The notes beneath the pieces are model-generated. The model was not told the origin of the DNA and did no database searches. It was given only the letters and a program-made list of their open reading frames with translations. DNA of 64,000 nt from a virus: the IMG/VR virus record IMGVR_UViG_3300033153_005382, positions 1 through 64,000 of that record; one strand, 5' to 3'. The translations under genes were made by a program, and so were the position numbers. Below, one piece after another: positions 19,733 to 29,187 of the stretch (position 1 is the first letter of the stretch; every line of letters begins with the position of its first letter).

Positions 19733-21099
19733 ACCAATATCTCCTCCTTCTCAAACCAATTCGTTCTCGCTAACTCAAACTCCACCTCCAGCGGAGTTAC
19801 AACCCAATCCCAATGATCCCGTACATCCTGAGTCATTACCTGCTTCGCCTTGGCTATCCAATCGTCCAACTCAGACTCATGCACATCGGCCACTATGCTA
19901 TCGTGAATCTGCCCTATGATCCTAGTCCTTGCTTTTGTTTTTATCTGCCACTTCACCATCTGAATCAACGACCACAACAACAGATGAAACGCAGATCCTT
20001 GTATCGGTGTATTGTACAAATTATTACGCTTGTATACACCTTGACAAACAAATCCCGTCATCAACTTGAACCAACCCCTCTCTTGGTACTTCTTCCACCA
20101 CTTCTCCTTCCGATCTGACCACTCACTGAATCGTCCATGGAACGATTCCTCCACTTCCTTAATATGCTTTTCGAATGTTCCTTCCACTGGACTTTCATTC
20201 GGATCGCACACACCTCTACTTCTGATCCCTTTCTCCTCGAGATACTTGTACAAACCCATTTTCCCGTCGGCTGTCTCCAGCCCCGCATTCTCAATACTTG
20301 CCCATAAATTCTTCGCACAGTTGACGTAATACGATCCATACAACTGTGGGAACACAAACTGATTCTTGGCATAGAACCTAGCCAACTTCGTAACTTCTTC
20401 CATGAGGTAACATTCACCTGCCATGTCCCGATGTATATCTAGCGTCGGGTCTGACGCATACGCAATCATTGACGAATCCTTCCAAAAACATGCAGCCACT
20501 CGAAACTCCAATGCTCCGAAATCTACCTCCACCAACACATGGCCATCCCTCGGGATGAAACATTTCCTTATCAACCTTCCGATCTCTTCATCCCTGATCG
20601 GAATGTTCTGGAAATTCGGCGAATCGCAACTAGACCGATACGTCCTGGCCAAATGCAAATTGAACGACGGATGCAAGTACCCCTCACAAACCTCACGCTG
20701 TACTCCTTTCAGATATGTTGTCTGCAGTTTCTTCTTCTTCTCCAACTCTACGTATGTCTCAATAAACGGGTGATCGATTTCCTCTAACACTGCTGCGTCC
20801 ATCTTCTCACGTCCCTCCTTGGTCTTCTTGGTTGACTTGAAACCTAGCTCCCGAAACAATACTTCTCCCAACTGATAACGACTTCCTAAATGCGTTTTAC
20901 TTCCCCATCTCCGTTTCCACATTGCCCACACCTCCGTCGCCTTCAGTTCCTCAGTCATAAACTCGATGTCAGCTTTGACCTCTTGTATTGTCTTCTCCAG
21001 TCGATCCGTGTCTATTCTCATACCTGAATACTCTACTTCAGCTAGCGCTAACGACCCTTCATGAACTAGCTGATAAGCATCCTTAGTTACAGGTCTCAT
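19729..21099 (-). CDS. family A DNA polymerase, polymerase domain only
   Basis: R.S...PNFQNIP, DFGALEFR (motif A), R..AK...F...YG (B), NTPIQG, QIHDS (C). Confidence 0.93.
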   Translation of the reverse strand: MRPVTKDAYQLVHEGSLALAEVEYSGMRIDTDRLEKTIQEVKADIEFMTEELKATEVWAMWKRRWGSKTHLGSRYQLGEVLFRELGFKSTKKTKEGREKMDAAVLEEIDHPFIETYVELEKKKKLQTTYLKGVQREVCEGYLHPSFNLHLARTYRSSCDSPNFQNIPIRDEEIGRLIRKCFIPRDGHVLVEVDFGALEFRVAACFWKDSSMIAYASDPTLDIHRDMAGECYLMEEVTKLARFYAKNQFVFPQLYGSYYVNCAKNLWASIENAGLETADGKMGLYKYLEEKGIRSRGVCDPNESPVEGTFEKHIKEVEESFHGRFSEWSDRKEKWWKKYQERGWFKLMTGFVCQGVYKRNNLYNTPIQGSAFHLLLWSLIQMVKWQIKTKARTRIIGQIHDSIVADVHESELDDWIAKAKQVMTQDVRDHWDWVVTPLEVEFELARTNWFEKEEILV

Positions 21100-21121
21100 A
21101 CTAAACCTTTCGAGTTAGACC

Positions 21122-21343
21122 CTATCCTTCCTCATCTTCCTTCTGTATCCTAGACGATCGTAAATACCTCCTAAGTTCGTCGACGAACTTTTGATCGGCG
21201 TACCATTCTAACATATCCAATGGCACTTGATCTACCGGTTGACCTTTGAACCTTCCAAACGGTATTGGCTGCTTCCCGAATCGCCTCGACTCCGCTACTG
21301 TCATCCTGCTTGACTTTTCCTTGATCTCATACTCACCACACAT
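21122..21343 (-). CDS. small DUF3820 / ExoX-C-like protein
   Basis: IPFGRFKG.PV..VP..LEW. Confidence 0.6.
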   Translation of the reverse strand: MCGEYEIKEKSSRMTVAESRRFGKQPIPFGRFKGQPVDQVPLDMLEWYADQKFVDELRRYLRSSRIQKEDEEG

Positions 21344-22535
21344 TGGCCAACTCTTTCTTCTGGACTTCAGCTACTCGATACTCCACTAGAGAATCTAAAC
21401 CGTTATATAACAACAACTCCCTCAACGGAATCTCACCGATTCTATTCCTTCCGTTCCCTCCTTTTGCAGATAAATATGGCCCTATCCGCTCATCCCAAGA
21501 CGGAAACCCTAACCTCACATAAGCCTGAAACTTCGCAGACGTTATGCCTTGCCGATTATCCAACACATGTGCTGCTTGCATACAATCATGATCCCAACTT
21601 CTAACTCCGTATCCAAACTCGGCTTTCGTCCACCGCTCCTCAAACTTAATGTTCGATCCTATCTTCCTCACTTCGGACCTCAACAAACTCCCTGTGGCCT
21701 CTCTTGCAGGTGACTCCCACGGATATGCTATCGTCCGACGACCGTCGAAACATATTGAACAACTCACAATCCGTGCATCCTTCCCATCCGGCTTCAATCT
21801 ATCTGTTTCGTAGTCGAACGCAATCTGTTTACTTCGGTTTCCTTCCAATTGAATGATCTCCGATGCTGTCTCAGGACACTCGTATATCTCCACTTCCTTC
21901 TTCCAATCTGGAACCTCCTCCCATGGACTCCCAACGAGATCAAACGCTTCCTTCAAATGACGCAAAAAAATTACAGAGACAACTTTATTCTTCTTCTCCT
22001 CCCTCATTATGTACGACGAATGCCAGGTCGGACATACCCAAGCATTCAGTCGTTGTGACGGTATACGCCACCCGACCCAACGTCCTACTGGTCCTAGATC
22101 CCTCGACCAGTCTTCTGTTATCAATGACTTGACTGCCGACCCGCCTAGCAGAACGATCGTCTCCGGCTTCAACTCCTCAATCGTTCTGTCTAGGTTAGGC
22201 CGACAGCATTCGATGTATGTATCAACGATCTCGTTGCTTGGTGGTCTACATATTACAGCATTAGTCTTCCAACAATCTTCATCAAGATCCACTCCAATCT
22301 TGTCCAACTCGTCTCTGAACCGTTGGCCGGCTTTTCCTACCAATTGCACTCCTTCGTCATCTTCGATGCTGCCTGGCGCTTCAGCTACGACTAACACTTT
22401 TCTTCGTCCTTCTCCAGAGACCGGCATCTTAGGACTGCGACATTTTCTGTACAACCCACACTCCCCACACCTAGGTCGACGATTCTTGAATGGACTTTCC
22501 TTGAGCACCTCCTCACTGCTGAAAAACCCCTTCAT
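21333..22535 (-). CDS. family-4 uracil-DNA glycosylase fused to a 3'-5' exonuclease (N-terminal part of an SPO1-type polymerase)
   Basis: C..C.L, EAPG..ED, G.AG, CRPP.N, C; Exo I FDYET, II NIKFE, III YNGLD. Confidence 0.88.
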   Translation of the reverse strand: MKGFFSSEEVLKESPFKNRRPRCGECGLYRKCRSPKMPVSGEGRRKVLVVAEAPGSIEDDEGVQLVGKAGQRFRDELDKIGVDLDEDCWKTNAVICRPPSNEIVDTYIECCRPNLDRTIEELKPETIVLLGGSAVKSLITEDWSRDLGPVGRWVGWRIPSQRLNAWVCPTWHSSYIMREEKKNKVVSVIFLRHLKEAFDLVGSPWEEVPDWKKEVEIYECPETASEIIQLEGNRSKQIAFDYETDRLKPDGKDARIVSCSICFDGRRTIAYPWESPAREATGSLLRSEVRKIGSNIKFEERWTKAEFGYGVRSWDHDCMQAAHVLDNRQGITSAKFQAYVRLGFPSWDERIGPYLSAKGGNGRNRIGEIPLRELLLYNGLDSLVEYRVAEVQKKELANVW

Positions 22536-22538
22536 CTA

Positions 22539-23561
22539 TCAATCCTCCATTTCAGCTGTACATGTCACATACACCCACTCGTCTGTCTTGACTTGAATCC
22601 GTCCCGGTGCGATTATACACTCATTAGTCCGCATAACCACATCCTGCAACAATTCAGGATTAATCCTAAATCCAACCCGATCCCCATCGTAACTAACAGC
22701 CCTCGTCTCCTCATAGTACCCCATCGGCCCTTTTCCCGTTATCCGCAATCCTCCTTTCTTCAATTCTACAATCACTTCATCTCTCTGCAAATCCTCGTTA
22801 CTGAACACACAGCACTTCTCTACTGCTTCCTTCATTCCATCTGGTAACTCCATCTGCGATCCGTTGACTTCTAAATGCTTTCCTACATCAGGATACTTAC
22901 CCATGTACCTCCTGCACGAAATCGTACAGCCAGACTTGGCTTGGAAGTGTACCCAATCCTCGGTGGTGCTAATCTTACTAAACTCAAACCGAGATAGCAT
23001 CTTGGCACAAGTCGCCCTGATCAACACATCCTCATCTACCCGAGTCTTTATCCTATATCGACAAACCCGATAATCATCAGATGCTTCGATCCATTCTGGG
23101 CCGATATGGATACAAGTCAAGAAAAACTTGGTCTGATCGTCGCTAGCACACGACGCAGTAAAACTGATCGCGTCGTCAAATCCTGATGACAGTATCCGCC
23201 ACTTCCCGGGTGCCTCTACTTCGCTGACCGGAAGTTCTACCTTGGACATGAACTGCACAACAGCTTTCCTTTTAACCTTAGCCTCCTTCTCAAGTCGTCT
23301 GATGACTAATCCCTCATCGGTCTGTTCAATCTCAACTTCCTTACCTGGGATCTTCTTCAAGATCTTCAACAGCGGTTCCGCAGGGACAGCCCCGGCAATT
23401 CCTAATCCTACAGGTGCAACGCAGGCTACTTCCTCGTTGTACGTGAAAACTTTCCCGTCCTGAAAAACAAAGCAGTCGGACTGTTCCAACATTTCCTGAC
23501 GAGCCAATCCAGGACTGACCGACTCAAGCTGTTCTATAAATTCTTTCTTCCTGACCTTCAT
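22539..23561 (-). CDS. DNA sliding clamp (DnaN beta-like)
   Basis: Size about 340 aa, ASD.YR, GKYPDV, IN..LL.D; next to the polymerase and clamp loader. Confidence 0.75.
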   Translation of the reverse strand: MKVRKKEFIEQLESVSPGLARQEMLEQSDCFVFQDGKVFTYNEEVACVAPVGLGIAGAVPAEPLLKILKKIPGKEVEIEQTDEGLVIRRLEKEAKVKRKAVVQFMSKVELPVSEVEAPGKWRILSSGFDDAISFTASCASDDQTKFFLTCIHIGPEWIEASDDYRVCRYRIKTRVDEDVLIRATCAKMLSRFEFSKISTTEDWVHFQAKSGCTISCRRYMGKYPDVGKHLEVNGSQMELPDGMKEAVEKCCVFSNEDLQRDEVIVELKKGGLRITGKGPMGYYEETRAVSYDGDRVGFRINPELLQDVVMRTNECIIAPGRIQVKTDEWVYVTCTAEMED

Positions 23562-23740
23562 ACTTCCCTCCGTTCGGTCTTTTGCTTGATTGCATCGAAC
23601 ACTTCCTGCCTATGTACAGGCACTTCCTTGGGAGCTTCGATTCCAATTCTTACCTTGTCTCCCCGAATTTCGACGACTTGTAAAATAACATCATCGCCGA
23701 TCATTATTTTCTCACCTTTCAGTCTGCTCAACACTAACAT
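23558..23740 (-). CDS. csrA: carbon storage regulator CsrA/RsmA
   Basis: MLVLSR..GE.I.IGD ... VRIGIEAPKEVPVHRQEV. Confidence 0.97.
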   Translation of the reverse strand: MLVLSRLKGEKIMIGDDVILQVVEIRGDKVRIGIEAPKEVPVHRQEVFDAIKQKTERREV

Positions 23741-23900
23741 TATCCCTCTCCTTTCGTCTTTTGAACAATTCCCTCATACGTTCCGTTGGTTCTCCATCTT
23801 TGGCCAAATACCAATACGACGGCATCAAATCCAAATGCTTCCCGACAACGACATCCGGTGACTTTGTCTTACTATTACATCCCGAAAAATACAACCTCAT
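23712..23900 (-). CDS. small protein resembling the N-terminus of phage TGT/DpdA-like proteins
   Basis: MRLYFSG ... LMPSYWYL; ATGA-coupled to the DpdA-like gene. Confidence 0.45.
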   Translation of the reverse strand: MRLYFSGCNSKTKSPDVVVGKHLDLMPSYWYLAKDGEPTERMRELFKRRKERDNVSVEQTER

Positions 23901-24886
23901 GCCAACCTATCTCCATTCGCTTCGAACCTTGGCGGATTATCGGTCAAATAATTCGTCAACTCTTCAAAAAACCTAATGTTATTCCTACACCTCTCCCGAT
24001 AATCATTTATCACTCCTCCACTGTCCGCATCATCTAACTTACCTGGTTTCACTCCTGCTATCTCAAACCATTCCTCCACTGTCCTCAGCCTACTCCGATC
24101 AGTCTTTGTTTTCGATCCTACTAACCACGAATAATGGGTCTTCCCTGCGGATTTCGACTTGACCTTTGGTTCAACACTTCTGTCTCCGCATAATAATTCT
24201 GATTTCGTATCCTTCCGCATCGATGGTGATTCGTCACTAATGCTTACTACGTAAGGCTGATACCTAGGTAATCTGAAATCGAAAGAAAACTTCCCTTGCC
24301 GTTTCGGGGGTACATACACCTTGCCATACCCAGCCATCTTGGCCCAAGACGAACTGTCAACAGAATGCCACGGATATCTGGAAATCAAAGCAAATGACGT
24401 CATGGCAAACCCATGTGTCTTCACTTTAGGCTTTCCATTCTCACATAACATTCCGAACACCCTATCGCCCCACTTGGGATACACCCTCCAATTCGCCTCC
24501 TGGCCTACTCCTCCTATCCCAAGATAATCATACCCCTCCTTCAAATACCGTACCAACCACTTCTCATCAGTTCCCCAATGGATGACAGGTACAGGATTCA
24601 ACTTGTACTTATCCTCCATATACTTCTGAACCTTCCATGACATGTCGGGATTGAAAATAACGTCTACGGTCACGTAGTAATCCAACTCATCCTTGTGTTT
24701 CAGCAAAAACTCGCAATACGTATCAACATAATCCCAAAACTCCTCTGTCCGGTAATACTCAAACTGGTCTAATCTATTCTCGCTGCCTACTGCAAGCCTC
24801 TTTCCTTTCTTCATTACCCGTTCCGTGTACAGAGTATGAGCACCGGAATCCAAAAACGTCTTCCCTACGTTACATTGGCTCATCAT
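23897..24886 (-). CDS. DpdA-like / TGT-fold base-exchange transglycosylase
   Basis: FLDSGAH, DVI, PVPVIH.G, YLGIGG, THGFA, PW.SVDSSSW; queuosine-pathway context. Confidence 0.8.
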   Translation of the reverse strand: MMSQCNVGKTFLDSGAHTLYTERVMKKGKRLAVGSENRLDQFEYYRTEEFWDYVDTYCEFLLKHKDELDYYVTVDVIFNPDMSWKVQKYMEDKYKLNPVPVIHWGTDEKWLVRYLKEGYDYLGIGGVGQEANWRVYPKWGDRVFGMLCENGKPKVKTHGFAMTSFALISRYPWHSVDSSSWAKMAGYGKVYVPPKRQGKFSFDFRLPRYQPYVVSISDESPSMRKDTKSELLCGDRSVEPKVKSKSAGKTHYSWLVGSKTKTDRSRLRTVEEWFEIAGVKPGKLDDADSGGVINDYRERCRNNIRFFEELTNYLTDNPPRFEANGDRLA

Positions 24887-26048
24887 ACCAACCTTCCACT
24901 AGCCCCATTACAGCCAACTGCCTCTTCCACGTCAAGTCAAACCTATTATGGATCCAAGCTCTATTCTGTATCGCATCCCTAGTCCATAGATCATCTCGAT
25001 CCAATGCACAGCAAACTTTCCTAGTGCAATCTTCCACATCCTGACGTTCGTACAAAAACCTCCGATCCCTCCGAAACGTTAACGGAAACGATCTGAAATA
25101 TGGATACAACGGATATGCACCAGCCACAGAAGCCTCCAACAACGTAAACGCTACAAAATCCTGCAAGGCCGTGTTGATCTGTACCCTTGCTGTACACAAC
25201 TCCGAATAGTACTCCTCCTTAGTACAATTCGTATGTACCTGCAACTGTCCCTTATGCACTTCCACTGCCTCATCCAACTTCTCTACTAATGCCAAATCAT
25301 TGGACCTCACTTTCTTTGATCCTGTACACACTACAAACTTTGTATCGGGCCTTTGTTCCAAAACCTTGGAAACAACCTTGAGAAAGAACAACGGATCTTT
25401 TTCCGTATCCCAACGGCTACTATACACAACCTTCTGAAGTCGTTCCATTTCCCATGCCCCTTCCCGCCATGGCATTCGTTCGTTGACCTCCTCAGTACAG
25501 AACGGAAGCCCTACAACGAACACTTTGGATTCCTGGGCAATCCCTCCTTGGACAACCAACTCTTTTAGCAAGGGATGTCCTACAAAAATGCCATCATAGA
25601 TCTTACCATACCCCTGCTCGATGGGTCGTATCCAATACTTCATCCCTGCCGTAAAATCAAATTCGTCAACTGACTGTGCCCACAACATTGAGTACATCTT
25701 AGGATATACTCCAATCTGATCAAACAGATAAGGTAACGCCTCGACACCTGGTGTCCAAAAGTCCTCAAAATAGATACAATCCTCACTCTTGATCTCGCCC
25801 CTATCCGTCAGTTCCAACAACTGCTCGACTTGGGAAAAACTCCACCGTGATCTTCCCACTGCATCAAGTACAACTCCCTTCTCTATTCCTACTTTCCCAT
25901 CCCTCACTCCTCCGATCCGTCGGTATTCGATCCCTACCTCACGCCATTTCCGTTCCATCCATCCTGTGACAGGATGACTCAACTGCCAAGTATACCTCTC
26001 CTTGTACGGTTCTAATGGCACATAATACAACATATCATTACTCCACAT
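24870..26048 (-). CDS. GT-B (GT4-like) glycosyltransferase
   Basis: SSRW..EKDP, KEEYY, ALQD......LEA...G.YP. Confidence 0.8.
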   Translation of the reverse strand: MWSNDMLYYVPLEPYKERYTWQLSHPVTGWMERKWREVGIEYRRIGGVRDGKVGIEKGVVLDAVGRSRWSFSQVEQLLELTDRGEIKSEDCIYFEDFWTPGVEALPYLFDQIGVYPKMYSMLWAQSVDEFDFTAGMKYWIRPIEQGYGKIYDGIFVGHPLLKELVVQGGIAQESKVFVVGLPFCTEEVNERMPWREGAWEMERLQKVVYSSRWDTEKDPLFFLKVVSKVLEQRPDTKFVVCTGSKKVRSNDLALVEKLDEAVEVHKGQLQVHTNCTKEEYYSELCTARVQINTALQDFVAFTLLEASVAGAYPLYPYFRSFPLTFRRDRRFLYERQDVEDCTRKVCCALDRDDLWTRDAIQNRAWIHNRFDLTWKRQLAVMGLVEGWYDEPM

Positions 26049-26781
26049 CTACGTCCACATAGAAATCGGTCCTGTACAACGAATCGTTTTTCATAGTTCT
26101 ATATTCCCTATCGCTTGATTCCTCGATCCATACGATTTCTGTCTCAGTCTCCTCCTTCCTAAATCGCTGCCCATTCACTGTAATACTGCTCTCGTCTTCT
26201 ATAGTCAAAACATAGCCGTGACATGCAGCCTGGCCCAAAATCCTTTTAATTGTCGCCAGAGTATCCATTCTCAACTTCCGATCATTTCCTGCTCCGTAAT
26301 AGACAGCCTCTACCCTCAATCTCACACGATCGAACAGCTTACGAAATACATCAGGACTCGCACACCCAGGAACAAACAAAGTCCATAACCCCGATCTCGG
26401 ACCTTCCGCTTCTCGCCCTATGAAACACTTGCCTTTTTTCTCCCATGCTGGCAATCTATCCTGATCCCTCGTTACCTTCGCTCCATTCTCCCCGTCCTCA
26501 CTCACTTCAACCCAATCAGCAGTCAACGCCTCTAAAACACAATGCCCTATATCTTCGCACGAATGGTCAAAACGTGCTCCTTCAAACTTCGACCGAATGA
26601 ACCTTCTTAGTCTAGACTTGAACTGGAAAAACTCCACCTCCCTATCGCCATGTCCCACTCCCACTCCCACTTTGACATGGAATACATGGCGATGCCAGCC
26701 CCTCAAAAACGAAACCGCTTCGGGGGCTTCCTTCCACCGATGATGTCCAACAAACTGATCCGTGACCCAAACTTCGATCAT
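26038..26781 (-). CDS. QueD paralogue (DpdL-like T-fold) with an extra C-terminal domain
   Basis: LxxxHRHxF motif (LRGWHRHVF), DREVEF, SCE, VSEDGENGA. Confidence 0.75.
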   Translation of the reverse strand: MIEVWVTDQFVGHHRWKEAPEAVSFLRGWHRHVFHVKVGVGVGHGDREVEFFQFKSRLRRFIRSKFEGARFDHSCEDIGHCVLEALTADWVEVSEDGENGAKVTRDQDRLPAWEKKGKCFIGREAEGPRSGLWTLFVPGCASPDVFRKLFDRVRLRVEAVYYGAGNDRKLRMDTLATIKRILGQAACHGYVLTIEDESSITVNGQRFRKEETETEIVWIEESSDREYRTMKNDSLYRTDFYVDVDVE

Positions 26782-26823
26782 AATTCACTCCAATCCAATT
26801 AGAAACATTATCCATTATCAGCT

Positions 26824-27735
26824 TTAGCTCCTTATCACCGAAAAGAACTCCTGCCTCGTTAAGCCAGACTCTTGAAACACCCCTGTAAGACTTGACGTCA
26901 CCATTCTACAATCTTGCTTCCTTACTCCCCTGCACACAATGCACAAATGCTGTGCTTCCAAAACACACGCCGATCCTTTTGGATTCAACAATTCATCCAA
27001 TGCCTTGGTCACTTGCTGACACAACCTTTCCTGTATCTGCAGCCGTCTTGAAAAAACCTCCAGTACTCTCGCTAGCTTGCTCACTCCGATTACCTTCCCA
27101 TCTGGTATATACCCTATGTGAGCCCTTCCAACAAACGGTAACATATGATGCTCGCACATACTAACAAACTCGATGTCCCTGAGTAGTACCATCTCATCGC
27201 AAGCTCCGTCAGTAAACACCTTAACTACATCCTCAGCTGTCTTATTATAACCCTCAAACAATTCCTGGTACGACCGGACAACCCTCGCAGGGGTCTCCTT
27301 CAAGCCTTCCCGCTCCGGATCTTCCCCTATGTACTGAAGCAGTCTCCTGACATTGTCTTCCGGTCCCGCTTGACTCTTCATCCGATCCCACGGAAACGAC
27401 ACCCATTCATTGATAGATTCCTTTTGCTTATCCACCAACACGAAGAACGGACGATCCGGATGACGTTGCTTAGTCCTTCCACTGTCCAACACATCATCTA
27501 CCACAACATGGGCCTTCGCCAAATCATCTACAATTTCAAGCCGTGGTCCCTCCTGACTCCATCTCTTCTCATTCTGCTTCGCGATCGCAACAGCCTGAGC
27601 AGCGTATACTCCCGCTTTCGGCACTGGATATAAGAACAACGTTGAAGTCGGCAAAAACGGGACAATGTCTCGATGAAAAATCTCCCCCAACAGAGCGTTG
27701 GCTCTTTCGTCTACATCAGTCCAAGACAGCTTCAT
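26824..27735 (-). CDS. folE: phosphoribosyltransferase-GTP cyclohydrolase I fusion
   Basis: N-terminal PVPKAG, PRPP loop VVDDVLDSGRT and FPW; C-terminal REGL.ETP.RV, CEHH..PF, G.SKL, RLQIQERL, H.C...RG. Confidence 0.92.
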   Translation of the reverse strand: MKLSWTDVDERANALLGEIFHRDIVPFLPTSTLFLYPVPKAGVYAAQAVAIAKQNEKRWSQEGPRLEIVDDLAKAHVVVDDVLDSGRTKQRHPDRPFFVLVDKQKESINEWVSFPWDRMKSQAGPEDNVRRLLQYIGEDPEREGLKETPARVVRSYQELFEGYNKTAEDVVKVFTDGACDEMVLLRDIEFVSMCEHHMLPFVGRAHIGYIPDGKVIGVSKLARVLEVFSRRLQIQERLCQQVTKALDELLNPKGSACVLEAQHLCIVCRGVRKQDCRMVTSSLTGVFQESGLTRQEFFSVIRS

Positions 27736-27784
27736 ATTTCTTCTCCATTTAAGTTACAACTCCTCGTCATTCCCTCTTTATCTC

Positions 27785-28027
27785 CTATCGAGACCCGGAC
27801 TTAGACCAAGATCGAGACCAAAACCGAGACCCGGACAGAGACCCAGACCAAGACCAAAACTGAGACTGAGACCAAGACCGAGACCGAGACTGAGACTGAG
27901 ACTGAGAACAAGAACTAGACCGAGACCAAGACCAAGACCGATACCGAGACTGCCACCGAACAAGAGGCAATAAACTACAGAAAGATCTACACTGTCGAAA
28001 TTCTGGTAAAAATCTCATCTGACTCAT
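27785..28027 (-). CDS. Ser-X repeat peptide, unit G (divergent leader MRFLPEF)
   Basis: ATGA-coupled to queE; TCT-NRG hexamers; same TCTCGATAGGAGATAA end as the other units. Confidence 0.6.
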   Translation of the reverse strand: MSQMRFLPEFRQCRSFCSLLPLVRWQSRYRSWSWSRSSSCSQSQSQSRSRSWSQSQFWSWSGSLSGSRFWSRSWSKSGSR

Positions 28028-28701
28028 TCCAATCCAACCACTTTATGTAACTGCACACCTAGCCGATACCCCATCACCATTGATGCGGCAACGCATAAAT
28101 CCAGATTGGCCGCGTTCCTATCCTCATCTCCTTCGTCCATCGGCTGTACGAATAGCTCACCTCGATGCTCTCTCGGCGGTCGGTACACATTCAGCGGGAT
28201 ATAATCCCGATCCACACCCTCCTTGATCGACAACACATACTTCCAAACGATTCGGCCCCAAAATTCACAATCCCATTCCATCTCGGTCTGCAGGGGTGTC
28301 TTTGGGCTGCACACAATCGTCAAATCCATTGTGCTGGTCATTGGTCTTAGATCGGCTGCCCACTCACACAAATAAGTGCCGTTAGTCTCTATCTGGATCC
28401 TATAGCCCTCAGACCGGAGCCTACGAATCAGCGGCAACACATTCTGCATTAGCGGCTCCCCGCCCGTTAGCACTACCAACTTCCCCACTCCGCTGTGTCC
28501 ACTTCGACGGTCCTTTATCCGTCTGGCAATCTCATCCAAATTCAATACAGCACTTAATGAATAATCAGTGTCGCACCAAGCGCATTTCAAATTACACCCA
28601 GCAAGACGAACAAACACGGACGGCGTTCCTACTAGTGGCCCTTCGCCTTGGATCGAGGGAAAGATTGAATGCACCGCTAATTCATCATCGTTGTACTTCA
28701 T
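28024..28701 (-). CDS. queE: 7-carboxy-7-deazaguanine synthase (radical SAM)
   Basis: SIQGEG...G....FVRLAGCNLKCAWCDT, TGGEP, IETNG, SPK, QLHK. Confidence 0.95.
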   Translation of the reverse strand: MKYNDDELAVHSIFPSIQGEGPLVGTPSVFVRLAGCNLKCAWCDTDYSLSAVLNLDEIARRIKDRRSGHSGVGKLVVLTGGEPLMQNVLPLIRRLRSEGYRIQIETNGTYLCEWAADLRPMTSTMDLTIVCSPKTPLQTEMEWDCEFWGRIVWKYVLSIKEGVDRDYIPLNVYRPPREHRGELFVQPMDEGDEDRNAANLDLCVAASMVMGYRLGVQLHKVVGLE

Positions 28702-28716
28702 ATCTCTAGCTTCCTC

Positions 28717-28854
28717 CTATCCTATCCTAGACCGATACCGATACCGAGACTGAGACCGAGACCAAGACCAAGACCGAGACCCAGACCAAGACCGAGACCA
28801 AGACTGAGACCTAGACCGAGACTGACACCGGGATCCTTCAAATAGGTATCTCAT
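28717..28854 (-). CDS. Ser-X repeat peptide, unit F (45 aa, MRYLFEGSRCQSRSRSQSW...)
   Basis: Manually translated; SD AGGAG 6 nt before ATG. Confidence 0.65.
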   Translation of the reverse strand: MRYLFEGSRCQSRSRSQSWSRSWSGSRSWSWSRSQSRYRYRSRIG

Positions 28855-28863
28855 CCTAATCTC

Positions 28864-28959
28864 CTATCGAGACTGAGACCAAGACCAAAACCAATTCCGA
28901 GACCGAGACCAAGACCAAAACCGAGACCAAATTCTAGATCCAACAATGAGATACCTCAT
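28864..28959 (-). CDS. Ser-X repeat peptide, unit E (31 aa, MRYLIVGSRIWSRFWSWSRSRNWFWSWSQSR)
   Basis: Manually translated; SD AGGAG 6 nt before ATG. Confidence 0.65.
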   Translation of the reverse strand: MRYLIVGSRIWSRFWSWSRSRNWFWSWSQSR

Positions 28960-28968
28960 CCTTATCTC

Positions 28969-29178
28969 CTATCGAGACTGAGACTGAGAACAAGACCGAG
29001 ACCCAGACCGAGACCAAGACCGAGACTGAGACCGAGACCAAAACCAAGACCAAGACCAAGACCTAGACCGAGACCAAGACCAAGACCAAGACCAAGACCG
29101 AGACCCAGACCAAGACCGAGACCAAGACTGAGACCTAGACCGAGACTGAGACCGGGATCCTTCAAATAGGTATCTCAT
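28969..29178 (-). CDS. Ser-X repeat peptide, unit D (69 aa)
   Basis: MRYLFEG leader; own SD. Confidence 0.65.
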   Translation of the reverse strand: MRYLFEGSRSQSRSRSQSWSRSWSGSRSWSWSWSWSRSRSWSWSWFWSRSQSRSWSRSGSRSCSQSQSR

Positions 29179-29187
29179 CCTTATCTC

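Noticed and set aside
21100-21343. Intron or homing endonuclease interrupting the polymerase
   Set aside because: The intervening ORF is 73 aa without HNH, GIY-YIG or LAGLIDADG motifs, and there is no non-coding room for a ribozyme
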